Part shown: piece by piece, positions 1 through 12,124 of the stretch
Layout: each line of letters begins with the position of its first letter
Position numbering within the stretch: position 1 is the stretch's first letter
Assembly: GCA_951406725.2 (NCBI GenBank)
Contig: OX597840.1
Location: 8,866,001 to 8,930,000 of the forward strand
Origin: Octopus vulgaris
Taxonomy: Eukaryota
Direction of reading: 5' to 3'
DNA length: 64,000 nucleotides
Program-made: the position numbers and the translations under genes
The notes under the pieces: generated by a model
The model's database searches: none
Seen by the model: only the letters and a program-made list of their open reading frames with translations
What the model was told of the DNA's origin: nothing

Positions 1-120
1 TTTTAACCACACAACCACACTTGCACCATGGAAATTATTTTTTCTAACGAGACCCCAATGTCATAATATTTTTGTAAAATCTCAGAAAATAATTAAAAAT
101 TCACATTTTTTATCAAATTC

Positions 121-725
121 ATCATCATCATCATCATCGTTTAACGTCTGCTTTCCATGCTAGCATGGGTTGGACGGTTCAACTGGGGTCTGGGAAGCCC
201 AAAGACTGCACCAGGCCAGTCAGATCTGGCGGTGTTTCTACAGCTGGATGCCCTTCCTAATGCCAACCACTCCGTGAGTGTAGTGGGTGCTTTTTACGTG
301 CCACCCGCACAGTTGCCAGACGGAGGTGGCAAACAGCCATGGATGGATGGTGCTTTTTACGTGCCACCGACACAGGTGCCAGGCGAGGCTGGCATGACCA
401 CGATCGGATGGTGTTTGTTATGTGCCACCAGCATGGAAGCCAGTCGATGCGGTGCTGGCTATGGCCACGTCCGGATGGTTCTCTTATGTGCCACCGGCAC
501 TGGTACCACAAACTACAAATTCCATTGATGTTGAACGATTTTGATTTTGATTTGATTTTTTGATTTTCACTTGCCTCAACAGGTCTTCACAAGTAGAGTT
601 ATGTGTCCCAAGAAGGAAGGTATGCACAGGTGGACTGACTACGTCCCAGGTAGGGGCCAAGGGTTATGGCCTCACTTGTCCTGCTGGGTCTTCTCACGCA
701 CAGCATACTCCCAAAGGTTTCAGTC
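121..725 (-). mobile_element. Family B: 3' end of an RTE-group LINE (ORF C-terminus, repeat-rich 3' UTR, (GAT)n tail)
   Basis: Minus strand at about 725-670 reads like LWEYAVREKTQQDK*, followed by about 60-bp GTGGCACGTAAAAGCACCATCC tandem units, GGTTGGC(G/A)TTAGGAAGGGCATCCAGCTGTAGAAAC and a (GAT)n tail. About 18 related copies in the window. Confidence 0.75.
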
Positions 726-861
726 TAAACTTTTTGTTATAACTTGGTAAAAGGGTACATATTTTGCCCAAAATTGCCAAATTTGTTCCCCCAGTCTTCT
801 TTATCCACAACCATGTATTCCTTTAGCCGGACAGGGACCCAATACCCAAAAAGGTATTGGT

Positions 862-1092
862 GGGCGAGCTGGCAGAAACGTTAGCACGTTGGGCGAAATG
901 CTTAGCGGTATTTCGTCTGCCGTTACGTTGTGAGTTCAAATTCTGCCGAGGTCGATTTTACCTTTCATCCTTTCGGGATCGATAAATTAAGTACCAGTTA
1001 CGCACTGGGGTCGATGTAATCGACTTAATACCTATGTCTGTCCTTGTTTGTCCCTTCTATGTTTCGCCTCTTGTGGGTAATAAAAAAATAGG
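862..1092 (+). mobile_element. Family C tRNA-derived SINE
   Basis: GGCGAGCTGGCAGAAACG (box A-like), GAGTTCAAATTC (box B), CCTTTCATCCTTTCGGG.TCGATAAATTAAGTACCAG block. Flanked by ggtattggtg/ggcattggtg duplication. Confidence 0.85.
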
Positions 1093-2031
1093 CATTGGTG
1101 ATGACGATGATGACGATGATGAAGACTGATGCTGCTTTTGTGGTTTATAAGGAAGAATTGAGATTTATTTATTTTCCCTGCTCCAACAATGAGCCCTTCA
1201 TATGACCACCAGACAGAAACATACTGGAGCACATCCCATAGCCTTCAACAGCAAGTGTGGGGGGTGCTCAGCAGCATGGCAATAAAATTCAGCTTAATTA
1301 TTCAAATTGCTGAATTTATTCCTTTAGCCGGACAGGGACCCAATCAATACGATAAGCATCAACAGCCCCCGCATCCTCCAATCACATTAATAAACCACAG
1401 CCTTTCCCCTTGCCCACCCCCAACAAATTCTATTTTACTTACAACTGCACTGACCTTTACTCCGAATGGTTCAACAAGACGTGATGGTCGTTTTCTTCAT
1501 TATCCCCAGAAGGAATCTTGTGAGAGTCAAATAAGTAATTAAGACTCTAATGATAATGTTTCATTAGAGAGTTAATTAAGGCTGTAACCAATAAAATCCA
1601 ATAATCCACTCTACTATTTTCTGTTGCTTCAGTATGTCTCAGATAAAATTATTCTTATTAAAATTAGAAGCTTCCAGACTTCTTAAAACATTGTCTTCGG
1701 AATTATACAGCAGCTCTACCATTGCACTACGTGTTTATGAAGATCTTGCTATGATATGGTCTTCCATAATGCAAAGCATTTTCTCCGTTGATTTGCCAGG
1801 GCTGGTTTCCTTGTTTCTCTGGTGGATATATTCCATCCTGGTTGGGATGCCAGTCCTTTGCAAGGTTACTCGCTTTTACCAGCTGGGTGGATTGAAGCAG
1901 CATGAAATAAAGTATCTTGCTCAAGAACACAATGCATTGCCTGGTCCCAGGAATGAAACCACAGTCTTAGAATTGCAAGTCCAACACGTTACATATAAAC
2001 ACCCTAATTTCAATCCAAAAGACAACATTTA

Positions 2032-2544
2032 CTGTAAATCCTTGAGTATAATCTGCATTTTTTCCCCCAAAATTTAAAGGTCAAAATCCCTAGTGCGTAC
2101 TATATACGTGGTTAAAAATGAAAATTATTTTCCAAGCAATGTCCGAGTCTCTATTTGCTGTCCGGCAATGTTTATTCAGACGCATTTTGTGATGTCAGGC
2201 GTGAAAATACCTTAAGCTAAGCCTGAAAGCAATGAAGTCATCAAAGAATCATCCATAACTTGCAGTAAGCAACATTTATTAAACGTTATTACTGTTATTT
2301 CTTTATTTTCTGCAAACAAAATGCACAAAAAAGCTACACGTTTGCATTATGTTATATATACAATAATAATAAAGGACGTTACCGTATACATTTTTACAAA
2401 CCAAAGACGTTATATAGACCTCCTTGATTCAAGTTAGAGAAGGGGTGCGTATTATACACAAGGTTTAGGTTTTCCAGAGGTACAGCCCCCTAAAAATCCC
2501 CTGCATATTATACTCAAGGGCGGACTATACTCGAGGATTTACGG
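2032..2544. mobile_element. Tc1/mariner-superfamily MITE
   Basis: TIRs C(T/C)GTAAATCCT(T/C)GAGTATA, TA on both sides. Second copy in reverse orientation at about 24006-24503. Confidence 0.85.
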
Positions 2545-2547
2545 TAA

Positions 2548-2768
2548 CCCTTTTCTATTTAAACCAGCCATATCTGACCCAAAACAATCTCCCTGTTTTA
2601 TGTTCAGACTGGCCGGATCTGGCCTCTCACACCAACCATACAATGTCATTCTAAAAATAAAAATCCCATCATTAAAATTTCAAAGCCATGAGATTTTTGC
2701 ATGATTAATTAAAAAAAATTTGAATAAATAAGCTGTACATTTGGCAGAATAATCTGAATGCTAAAGGG
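2548..2768. mobile_element. piggyBac-like MITE
   Basis: CCCTTT...AAAGGG termini. Right TTAA intact; left TTAA is restored once the Tc-MITE is removed. Confidence 0.65.
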
Positions 2769-2986
2769 TTAACAAAGATTCACCTTCATTCCCAGATTGT
2801 TTCCTCATTTTTCTCTTTCCACTGCTACTTCAACAGCCTCTGTTCCTCTAAACCAACCATCTACACACACTTATTCCTCTCATCGCTAACCAATCTCTTC
2901 CTTATACTATTCTTGCTAATATCTCTCAAGTATTCTAGGGCTAGTCCTGCTTCCCCCACAGCTGTACTCCACTGGAACTCCTTCTT

Positions 2987-3205
2987 TGTTACTCTTTTAC
3001 TTGTTTCAGTCATTTGACTGTGGCCATGCTGGAGCACCGCCTTTAGTCGAGCAAATCGACCCCAGGACTTATTCTTTGTAAGCCTAGTACTTATTTTATC
3101 GGTCTCTTTTTTCGCGAACCGCTAAGTAACGGGGACATAAACACACCAGCATCGGTTGTCAAGCAATGCTGGGGGGAGAGAACAAACACAGACACACAAA
3201 CATAT

Positions 3206-3267
<62 letters not shown>

Positions 3268-3430
3268 GACGGGATTCTTTCAGTTTCCGTCTACCAAATC
3301 CACTCACAAGGCTTTGATCGGCCTGAGGCTATAGTAGAAGACACTTGCCCAAGGTTCCACGCAGTGGGACTGAACCCGGAAACATGTAGTTGGTAAGCAA
3401 GCTACTTACCACACAGCCACTCCTGTGCCT
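2987..3430 (-). mobile_element. Family A tRNA-derived SINE (CORE-like CCTTGGGCAAGT block, internal TA/CA microsatellite)
   Basis: Minus strand: AGGAGTGGCTGTGTGGTAAG (box A-like), GGGTTCAGTCCC (box B), ACCTTGGGCAAGTGTC, tail CAGCATGGCCACAGTCAAATGACTGAAACAAGTAAAAGAG. About 20 copies in the window. Confidence 0.9.
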
Positions 3431-3961
3431 GTTGAATATAAATATAAGTAGACAAACCTACAGTTGTTTATGTAGAGCACTAATGATACCGATCCTGTCG
3501 GTCTGCTAGTGTGACCTGCAAAGGTCACAGACATCATTATCTCCACTCTTTCGATTTTAACAAAGGATAAGCAATAAATTAGTTAATAACATCGGATGAT
3601 CTAAGTTGGAAGTGAAGGACCTGGGTTCAAATCAAACGCAGGGAAATATGCAAGTGCAGTGTGTGTGTGTGTACGGATGCACATGTGTGTTAGAGAAAGG
3701 GAGAGGAAGAGAAAGTATGTGTGTGTGGGGTGGGTGGGTGTTAAAGGAAGAGATCAGGTAAATGTGTGCTGGAGGTGAGGTAAGGTGGGGTGGGGTGGAT
3801 AACCAACGAGAAGAGTGTCCCCCAGGAACACATGAAATCAAGGTCAAGAGTATGGAGGACGCAGGGGGTTGCCACATGGAAGATTCCGGGAACCTTTAAT
3901 AATGGCTGCAGTTCAGATTGCAGTTTCTGTTTAAGTAACAGAATATCAGGGTGAGTGCGTG

Positions 3962-4332
3962 TGAGTGAGAGAGAGAGGGGAGGGGAGAGAGAGAGGGAGA
4001 GAAAGAGAGAAAATGAAAGAGAGGGAGAGAAAGAGAGAAAGAGAAAGGGAGAGAGATAGGGGAAGAGAGAGAGAGAGAGAGGGAAAAAGAGAGAGAAAGA
4101 GAGTGAGAGAGGGAGAAAGAGAGAGAGAGAGAAAAAAGAGAGAAAGAGAGGGAGAGAGAGAGGAAGAGAGAGAGAGACAGAGAGATAGAGAAAAGAGAGA
4201 TAGAGAAAAGAGAGATAGAGAGATAGAGAGAAAGAGAGAAAGACAGTGAGAGAGTGAGAGAGAGAAAGAGAGGGAAAAAGAGAGAGTAAAACTATGCGTG
4301 CATCAGTGTATTTGTGTGAGACAGAGTGTATA

Positions 4333-4376
<44 letters not shown>

Positions 4377-4477
4377 TAGAAATGTGTAAGCATGTGTGAG
4401 AAACAAAGTGCATGTTTCTGCACCATGAGTTGTGTCTACATGTGTGTGTGTGTGTGTGAGTGTGTGTGTGTGTGCGT

Positions 4478-4509
<32 letters not shown>

Positions 4510-4528
4510 TTGTGTGTGTGTGTTTGTG

Positions 4529-4624
<96 letters not shown>

Positions 4625-4818
4625 TGTGTGTGTTTGTTTGTGTGTGTGTTTGTGTATGTGTGTGTTTGTGTGTGTGTGTGTGTATGTGTGTTTGTGTGTG
4701 TATGCGTGTGTTTGTGTGTGTGTGTTTGTATGTATTTGTGTTTGTGTATGTATGTGTGTGTTTGTGTGTGTGTGTGTATGTGTGTGTGTGTGTGTTTGTG
4801 TGAGTGTGTGTTTGTGTG

Positions 4819-4851
<33 letters not shown>

Positions 4852-4885
4852 TTGTGTGTGTGTGTTTGTGTGCGCTCGTGTGTGC
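3962..4885. repeat. Compound (GA)n and (GT)n microsatellites
   Basis: Directly visible; source of the ER/CV/TH low-complexity ORFs. Confidence 0.95.
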
Positions 4886-5429
4886 ATCCGGAAATCTATA
4901 GAACATACTCTTTGACTGATTGACAATAATACATTATTCGTAGCTGCGCAGTTAATATGATGAGGTCCCAGGAGGGGAGAAAATGTCTCCAGAGGACGAC
5001 GGAATCAAAGCATTGACTCAAGCGCAACTGCCAGTCAGTCAAGGAAAACACGTCTGGGGAAGCGAAATAGATTTGCAAACAACAACAACAGCAAATACAA
5101 CAACAACAATCGGTGGTGAGGTATTGGTGAGGATGATGATGATGATGAAGATTGATGCTGCTTTTGTGGTTTATAAGGAAGAATCGAGATTTATTTATTT
5201 GATTCCTGCTCCGACAATGAGCCATTCATATGACCACCAGACAGAGACAGATATTGGAGCACATCCCATAGCCTTCAACAGCAAGTGTGTGTGTGTGGGG
5301 AGGGGCTCATCAGCATGGCAATTAAATGTTTATCGTCATCATCATCGTTGTTCTAACGAATCTACTTTTCCATGCTTGCATGGGTCGGACAGAATTTGTT
5401 AAAATGAATTTTCTACAACTCTCTCTCTC

Positions 5430-5820
5430 TTTTACTCTTTTACTTGTTTCAGTCATTTGACACAGCGGCCATGCTGGAGCACTGCCTTTAGTCGAGCAAA
5501 TCGACCCCGGGACTTATTCTTTGTAAGCCCAGTACTTATTCTATCAACAAACCGCTAAGTTACGGGGATGTAAACACACCAGCATCGGTTGTCAAGCAAT
5601 GCTAGGGGGACAAACACAGACACACAAACACACACATATATATACATATACATATATACGACGGGCTTCTTTCAGTTTCCGTCTACCAAATCCACTCACA
5701 AGGCTTTGGTCGGCCCAAGGCTATAGTAGAAGACACTTGCCCAATTTGTCACACAATGGAACTGAACCTGGAACCATGCGGTTGGTAAGCAAGCTACTTA
5801 CCACACAGCCACTCCTGCGC
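5430..5820 (-). mobile_element. Family A SINE
   Basis: Same head and tail as 2987-3430. Confidence 0.9.
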
Positions 5821-6109
5821 ATGTGTGCACATATGTGAAAATGTGTATGTTTAACTGTTAGTATTTATGTATGTGGGCAGGCAGTCACTTGGACAAACTA
5901 TTTTGAGTATAGTGAGGGTGGTGGTTGTGCTGGTACGCTGAAAAGCTATCAAGAGGAATGCTGCAAAATGATGCACATTCTCTTGTGATAACCTTGGGAC
6001 CCTACTGGCATCTGGTATGCGAGGCTTTTGATTGGCTTGGCAGCCCTTGCACATGGAAACTGCTTGCAAATTTCTCTCTCTTGTATGTATGTATATGTGT
6101 GTCTATATA

Positions 6110-6525
6110 TCATCATCATCATCGTTTAACATCCGTTTTCCATGCTAGCATGGGTTGGACAGTTTGACCGGGGTCTGGGAAGCCAGGAGGCTGCATCAGG
6201 CTCCAGTCTGATCTGGCAGTGTTTCTACGGCTGGATGCCCTTCCTAACGCCAACCACTCCGTGAGTGTAGTGGGTGCTTTTTACGTGCCACCTGCACAGG
6301 TGCCAGACAGAGCTGGCAAACGGCCACGAACGGAATCGTGTTTTTTTCGTGCCACCGGCACGGGGGCCAGGCGAGGCTGGCAACGGACACAAACGGATGG
6401 TGCTTTTACGTGCTACCGGCACGGGGGCCAGGCGAGGCTGGCAACGGACACGAGCGGAAGGTGCTTTTACGTGCCAACGGCACGGGGGCTAGGCGATGCT
6501 GGCAACGGACACGAACGGATGGTGC
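6110..6525 (-). mobile_element. Family B LINE 3' end with about four internal 60-bp repeats
   Basis: (CAT)n tail on plus strand, conserved core, tandem GGCACGGGGGCCAGGCGAGGCTGGCAACGGACAC units. Confidence 0.85.
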
Positions 6526-6849
6526 ATATATACATATACACACACACATACACATACATACTGTACTCAGGTGTTGATTTTTGCCAATGGCCAAAAGAAA
6601 TACATGTGTAAGAGTACACATCATTATCATCATTTAATGTCCATTTTCCATGCTGGTATAGGTTGGACATTTTGACAAGAACCGAAAAGTCAGAAGAACT
6701 GCACCAAGCTCTGCTGTCTGCTTTGGCATGGTTTCTACAACTGGATGCCCTTCCTAATGTTAACCACTTTACAGATTGTATTGGGTGATTTTGATATGGC
6801 ACCAGCAGCAATGAGGTTACCAAGTATCTTGCATAAGAAGGAGTTGGGG

Positions 6850-7070
6850 AGAAAAACTGAAGGACATAAAAGGTGGCTTATAGTAGAGGAGAAACATAGC
6901 TACCACAGAGTGCCTTAGAGTTAATTTAGCAATGACCAAAGTATTAGTAAGCAAGAAAGCAGACAAATTACTAATCCCTTCTGAGAAATGGCCCTGCTCA
7001 GTATGTAGAAAAGGTGTGGGTAGAAATTCCATTTGTTGTACCAAGTGCAAGCTATGGATCTCTTATGTGT
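6850..7070 (+). pseudogene. RTE-group LINE ORF fragment (RT end plus Cys-rich motif)
   Basis: Reads LRVNLAMTKVLVS...KWPCSVCRKGVGRNSICCTKCKLWI; resembles the LxVNxxKTK motif and a CxxC...CxxC motif. Confidence 0.7.
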
Positions 7071-7339
7071 CCTTAGCTTGCACTTCAATTCTAGTCCTTG
7101 CTTCCATACCTGAAGTTTCTTTCTTTCAATTCCAGTCCTTGCTTCCATACCAGAAATTTATTTCTCTAACTGAAACAGACATTCAGATATATAAAAACAA
7201 GGCCCTCAGCATAAAGAGCTTCCAAGGGTAACCAGTCTTACATTCCTCTGTTATGGCCTGGAGGACTACGATAAACGAAAGTGGGCCAAAAATCAACCCA
7301 TGGTGAACTCCTACCTGCATGCTAAATTTGTTTCTATAC

Positions 7340-8200
7340 TCATTGCCAATTTTTTACCTTACTGACAGCATCCATCAATATGGTTTGGCTGGCGCTCACC
7401 AACCACTCAGCTACCCTTAGCTTCTGCATCAATCTCCAGAAAAGCAAGTGAGGGACCCTGTCAAAGGCTTTCTCCATGTTGACAAATGCTAAGTACAGGA
7501 TTTTTGATTTCACTAAATACTTCTGCATTTGCCTTACCAGGAAGATAGCATTAGTAGTGCTTCTCCCTGGCACAAAACCAGCTGCATCTCATCTCTATAT
7601 ATATAAACGACAAAATGTCTGTCTGTCTGTGTGTGTGTCCTTTATACAAATCCAAAATTTTTCAGTTAGAGGGAACGCACTTTCTATGGTCATTCAAAAC
7701 CGTCCAAGGGTGGTCGTGCACATCTTTACATTTCCCCAGTCACCTCACAAAGCCATTAAGAAATTAAAAGAAGTGACTTTTTTGTGAATTTTCTATCCAA
7801 AACCCAATCAAAATGCCCGAAACTTGATACGCCAATTAAATGCCAGCTAGCTGTATGTGATTGGTCGGAGATTTGGACAGTACTCGCATGTATGTGTGCA
7901 TGCACACAGCTGTATATGCATGCACTAGCACTATGACCCAGTGTTACCGGGTCATAGTGCTAGTCTAGGATAACATGCTTTCTAATTAGTTGACCTGTGA
8001 CCCTTTTTGCAACTTTCATGAACTGGTCCAGTAATTTGATCCCTCTGTAGCAGTTGACTTAAATGCTGCTACACCAGTCATTGAGTACGACCCCTTCCTG
8101 GACAACTTGATTAACTATACAGGTGACTAGGCCACATCCCACTTAACCAGACATTTTAAGCATCTTGATGGTAATTCCTGATGAACCGGGGGGACTTTCT
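7340..8200 (-). pseudogene. Decayed LINE reverse-transcriptase fragment (RTE group), split by a Helitron
   Basis: Minus strand: YRGIKLLD...VILD|EMQ, then (frameshifted) GFVPGRSTTNAIFLVRQMQ...LAFVNMEKAFDRVP, the early non-LTR RT motifs. Confidence 0.85.
7592..7963 (+). mobile_element. Non-autonomous Helitron
   Basis: Starts TC(TCTATATATATAAA), ends CTAG, inserted between host A and T with no TSD. Removing it restores the RT codons V-I-L-D-E-M-Q. 3' palindrome at 7924-7964. Confidence 0.85.
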
Positions 8201-8435
8201 CACTCTTAAGAAGTTTATTTAAACTGAATTCCTTTCTCTCAGTTTTAGTTTCACACTACCAAGTATGGTAAAATGAAATCATCATCATCATCAGTTTAAT
8301 GTCCACTTTTCCATGCTTGTGTGAGCGAGACCATATGTATTTATGTATGTGTGTGTGTGTGTGTGTGATTTTGTTCTTGTAATCTATCGACACCATTTCA
8401 ACCACTACCATCAGCAGCAACAACATCAAACAGAT

Positions 8436-8484
<49 letters not shown>

Positions 8485-9277
8485 ATGTGTGAGTGTGTGC
8501 ATGCATGTATGAGCATGCAGGCACACACGTGTGAATGTGTGAGCATTTTCCTGCTTGCTTGAACGTGCACGTGTGAATACGCACATGTATACATGTTGGT
8601 GAGAAAACAGCAGAAAGATTTATTGATTGAAGTGTGAACAGACAGGAGTCCAGACTGTTGTTACATCAACATCATCATCATTAGCGTTTTAATGTCCATA
8701 TTTCAATGCCTGGCATCAGTTGGAGAGAATTTGTCGAGGCAAATTTTTTACAGCCAGGTGCCCTTCCTGTCACCAACCCTCACACGGTTTCCAAGTAATA
8801 CTGTCCCATGACCAGACACATTTCCAAACAAGAATAGAATTGAAATACACCGCTTGTATGACAGTGGCACTCATTTACGACTATCATGTGATGTCAAGAC
8901 AAAGCGACAGTAACACACACACACACACACTATATAATTCTTTAAAAAGAATAATTTTGACAGTGACTTCGAAGTCTCGACTTGCTTAGCCTTCATCTTT
9001 AAAGGAAAATGCAGGAAAAATGCTCACGCATTCACACGTGTGTGCATGCATGCTCATACATGCATGCACACACTCACACATACATACACACACACATTGA
9101 AAAGTTGACATTAAAACACTAATGATGATGTTGCCTGTGTGTATATATGCATGTGTGTACATACATGCACGTATACACACACACGTGAGTAGATAAGTAT
9201 GCATGTATACATATTTATAGAGATAACTGTGCCCATGCATGTGTGTGCATGAGAGAGAGAAGTGTGTATGTGACGTA

Positions 9278-10909
9278 CAGGGGTTGGACAAAATAATGGA
9301 AACACCTAGCATCGTAATTTTCAAATAGCTATAAAATCATCAAAAGCTTGTTTATTTTTCTGCTTTTTGATTTATTAATAGACTAATAGTGTTGCTTATT
9401 ATGTTTTGCTAAAATTGCTGTTTCTTTTCAGATGTCATCAGAAAAAGGTAATTAAAATTCATTAAAAAGACAGATCTATCGGACTTTCAAAGAGGTCAAA
9501 TTGTTGGTGCTCGTATGGCAGGTGCTAGCGTAATGAAAACAACTGAAATGTTTGGTTTATCAAGAAGTACCGTCTCGAAGGTAATGACAGCCTTTCAGAA
9601 AGAGGGAAAAATCTCCTCGTCGAAACAAAACTCTGGAAGAAGACCGAAACTTTCAGATAGGAACCATTGAACTCTTACACGAATTGTTAGAAAGGGTCGC
9701 CTCGACTGGCTTCCGTGTCGGTGGCACGTAAAAAGCACCATCCGAATCGTGGCCGATGCCAGCGCCGCTTCGACTGGCTTCCGTGCAGGTGGCACGTAAA
9801 AAGCACCATCCGAATCGTGGCCGAGGCCAGTGCCGCCTCGACGGGCTTCCGTGCAGGTGGCACGTAAAATGCACCAATCTGACCGTGGCCGATGCCAGCC
9901 TCGCCTGGCACCAGTGCAGGTGGCACGTAAAAAGCACCCACTACACTCGCGGAGTGGTTGGCGTTAGGAAGGGCATCCAGCTGTAGAAACATTGCCAGGT
10001 AAGACCGGAGCCTGGTGCAGCCTTCTGGCTTCCCAGATCCCCGGTCGAACCGTCCAACCCATGCTAGCATGGAGAACGGATGCTAAACGATGATGATGAT
10101 GATGATGATCACAAAAGTACAGCTCCCAAAATTACAGCAGAGCTTAATGACCACCTTGAGAACCTAGTTTCCATAAAAACTGTTCACCAGGAGCTGTACA
10201 AAGCTGGATTTTATGGGAGGGCTGCAATCAGAGAACCACTACTTTCAAAGACAAATGTTTTTGGTCCCAAGAGCAGTGGAAGAATATTATTTTCTCGGAT
10301 GAGTCATCCTTTACCTTATTTTCGACCACTGGTTGAGTATACATGAGGAGACAGTCAAAAGGAGCATTTGACTCAGACTACCTTCTTCCAATGTTAAACA
10401 TGAAGGAAGATCTCTGATGATCTGGTGGTGGAGAGCTATATCTCGGAAATCCACCGGCCCAATGGTTTCCCTTCATGGCAGAATTAATAGTCAAGACTAT
10501 TTAAGCATTTTATCTGATCAAATTCATCCTATGGTTGGGGAATTGTTTCTGGAGGGAAATGCAATCCTTCAGGATGATAATGCACCGGAATGGCACGAGG
10601 AACATTCTAGTGGAGTTGAACATCTTATCTGGCCACCACAATCCTCAGATCTCAATATTATTGAACATTTATGGTGCATTTTAGAAAAACAAGTAAGGAG
10701 TTGATATCCTCCAGCATCATCACCACAAGAACTGGAGACTGTTTTAGCTGAAGAATGGACAAAAATTCCTTTGGAAACAATTCAAAGTTTGTACAAGTCC
10801 ATACCTCACAGATTTCAAGCTGTAATTACTGCCAAAGGCAGTCCTACCCCATATTAAAATAAATTTGTTTGAAATTTTAAGGTGTTACCATTATTTTGTC
10901 CAACCCCTG
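9278..10909 (+). mobile_element. Tc1-family (DD34E-type) DNA transposon, decayed, with both TIRs
   Basis: About 30-bp TIRs CAGGGGTTGGACAAAATAATGG(A/T)AACACCT flanked by TA. Transposase remnants DLSDFQRGQIVGARMAG, IIFSDESSF, LQDDNAP, WPPQSSDLNIIEHLW, with stops and frameshifts. Confidence 0.92.
9696..10108 (+). mobile_element. Family B LINE 3' end inserted in the Tc1 transposase
   Basis: Interrupts the R-K|D-H codons; ends in (GAT)n. Confidence 0.85.
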
Positions 10910-11023
10910 TATATGTGTGTGTGTGTGTGTATGTATATGTATATATATATATATGTGTGTGTGTGTATGTATGTATATATGTATGTTTATATATGTATGT
11001 GTATGTATATATGTATGTGTATG

Positions 11024-11054
<31 letters not shown>

Positions 11055-11139
11055 GTGTATGTATGTATATATATATAGGCACTCCTGTGCCTAACCCTGT
11101 TTCTCTTCAATGTATAACAACAACAACAACGATAATAAT

Positions 11140-11360
11140 AATCCTTTCTACTATAAGCACAAGGCCAGGAATTTGATGGGAGAGGGCTAGTTGATTACAT
11201 AAACCCCAGTATTTCACTGGTACTTAATTTCATTGACCCCGAAACGGATGAAGGGTAAAAGTGAACCTCAGTGGAATTTGAACTCAGAATGTGGAAAACG
11301 AAAAGAAATGCCACAAAGCATTTTGTCTGGCATGTTAATGATTCTGCCAGCTTACCATCT
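11140..11360 (-). mobile_element. Family C SINE variant
   Basis: GAATTTGAACTCAGAA (reverse of box B) and GACCCCGAAA.GGATGAA block. Confidence 0.75.
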
Positions 11361-11444
11361 TAATAATAATAACAATAATAACAATAATAATGAAACTACT
11401 ACTACTACTACCACCACCACCACCACCAATACTACCACCGCCAA

Positions 11445-11476
<32 letters not shown>

Positions 11477-12080
11477 TAATAATAATAATCCTTTCTGCTA
11501 CTACTACTACTACTACTACTAATAATAATAATAATCCTTTCTGCTACTACTACTACTACTACTAATAATAATAATAATCCTTTCTGCTACTACTACTACT
11601 ACTACTACTACTACTAATAATAATAATAATAATCCTTTCTGCTACTACTACTACTACTAATAATAATAATAATCCTTTCTGCTACTACTACTACTACTAC
11701 TAATAATAATAATCCTTTCTGCTACTACTACTACTACTAATAATAATAATAATCCTTTCTGCTACTACTACTACTACTACTACTACTAATAATAATAATA
11801 ATTTGAAAAACAGAGCCACAAAAAAACAAAAAACTGGGTTCTGTTAAGTATTTTTCCTTAACCAGACTCTCAATCTCCCAACAAAGATAGAAGATTCTAC
11901 AACGGGTACTTAGGGTTAGGAAGGAGGTGGAAGTGGGGTAGGGGTGGGGGTGATGAGGCTGAAAACAGTGAAGAGAAACAGGGGTAGACAGGAGAGAGAG
12001 AGAGAGATAGACAGAAAAAGACAGACCTACAGATAGACAGAGAGGGAGATGTGAGAGGTGGGACAGGCTGATAGACAGAG

Positions 12081-12124
<44 letters not shown>

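Noticed and set aside
157-528. Recurring ORFs such as MLAWVGRF..., AVFLQLDALPNANHS and [20 protein letters not shown]
   Set aside because: Chance translations of family A and B repeats; frames are not preserved between copies.
1634-2077. 147-aa plus-strand ORF with an ATG start
   Set aside because: The 3' half runs through an antisense E+V SINE and into a MITE; no recognisable domain.
3800-3956. Plus-strand donor CAGG|GTGAGT after unique sequence
   Set aside because: No convincing acceptor, frame or homology; such motifs arise by chance beside GT/GA repeats.
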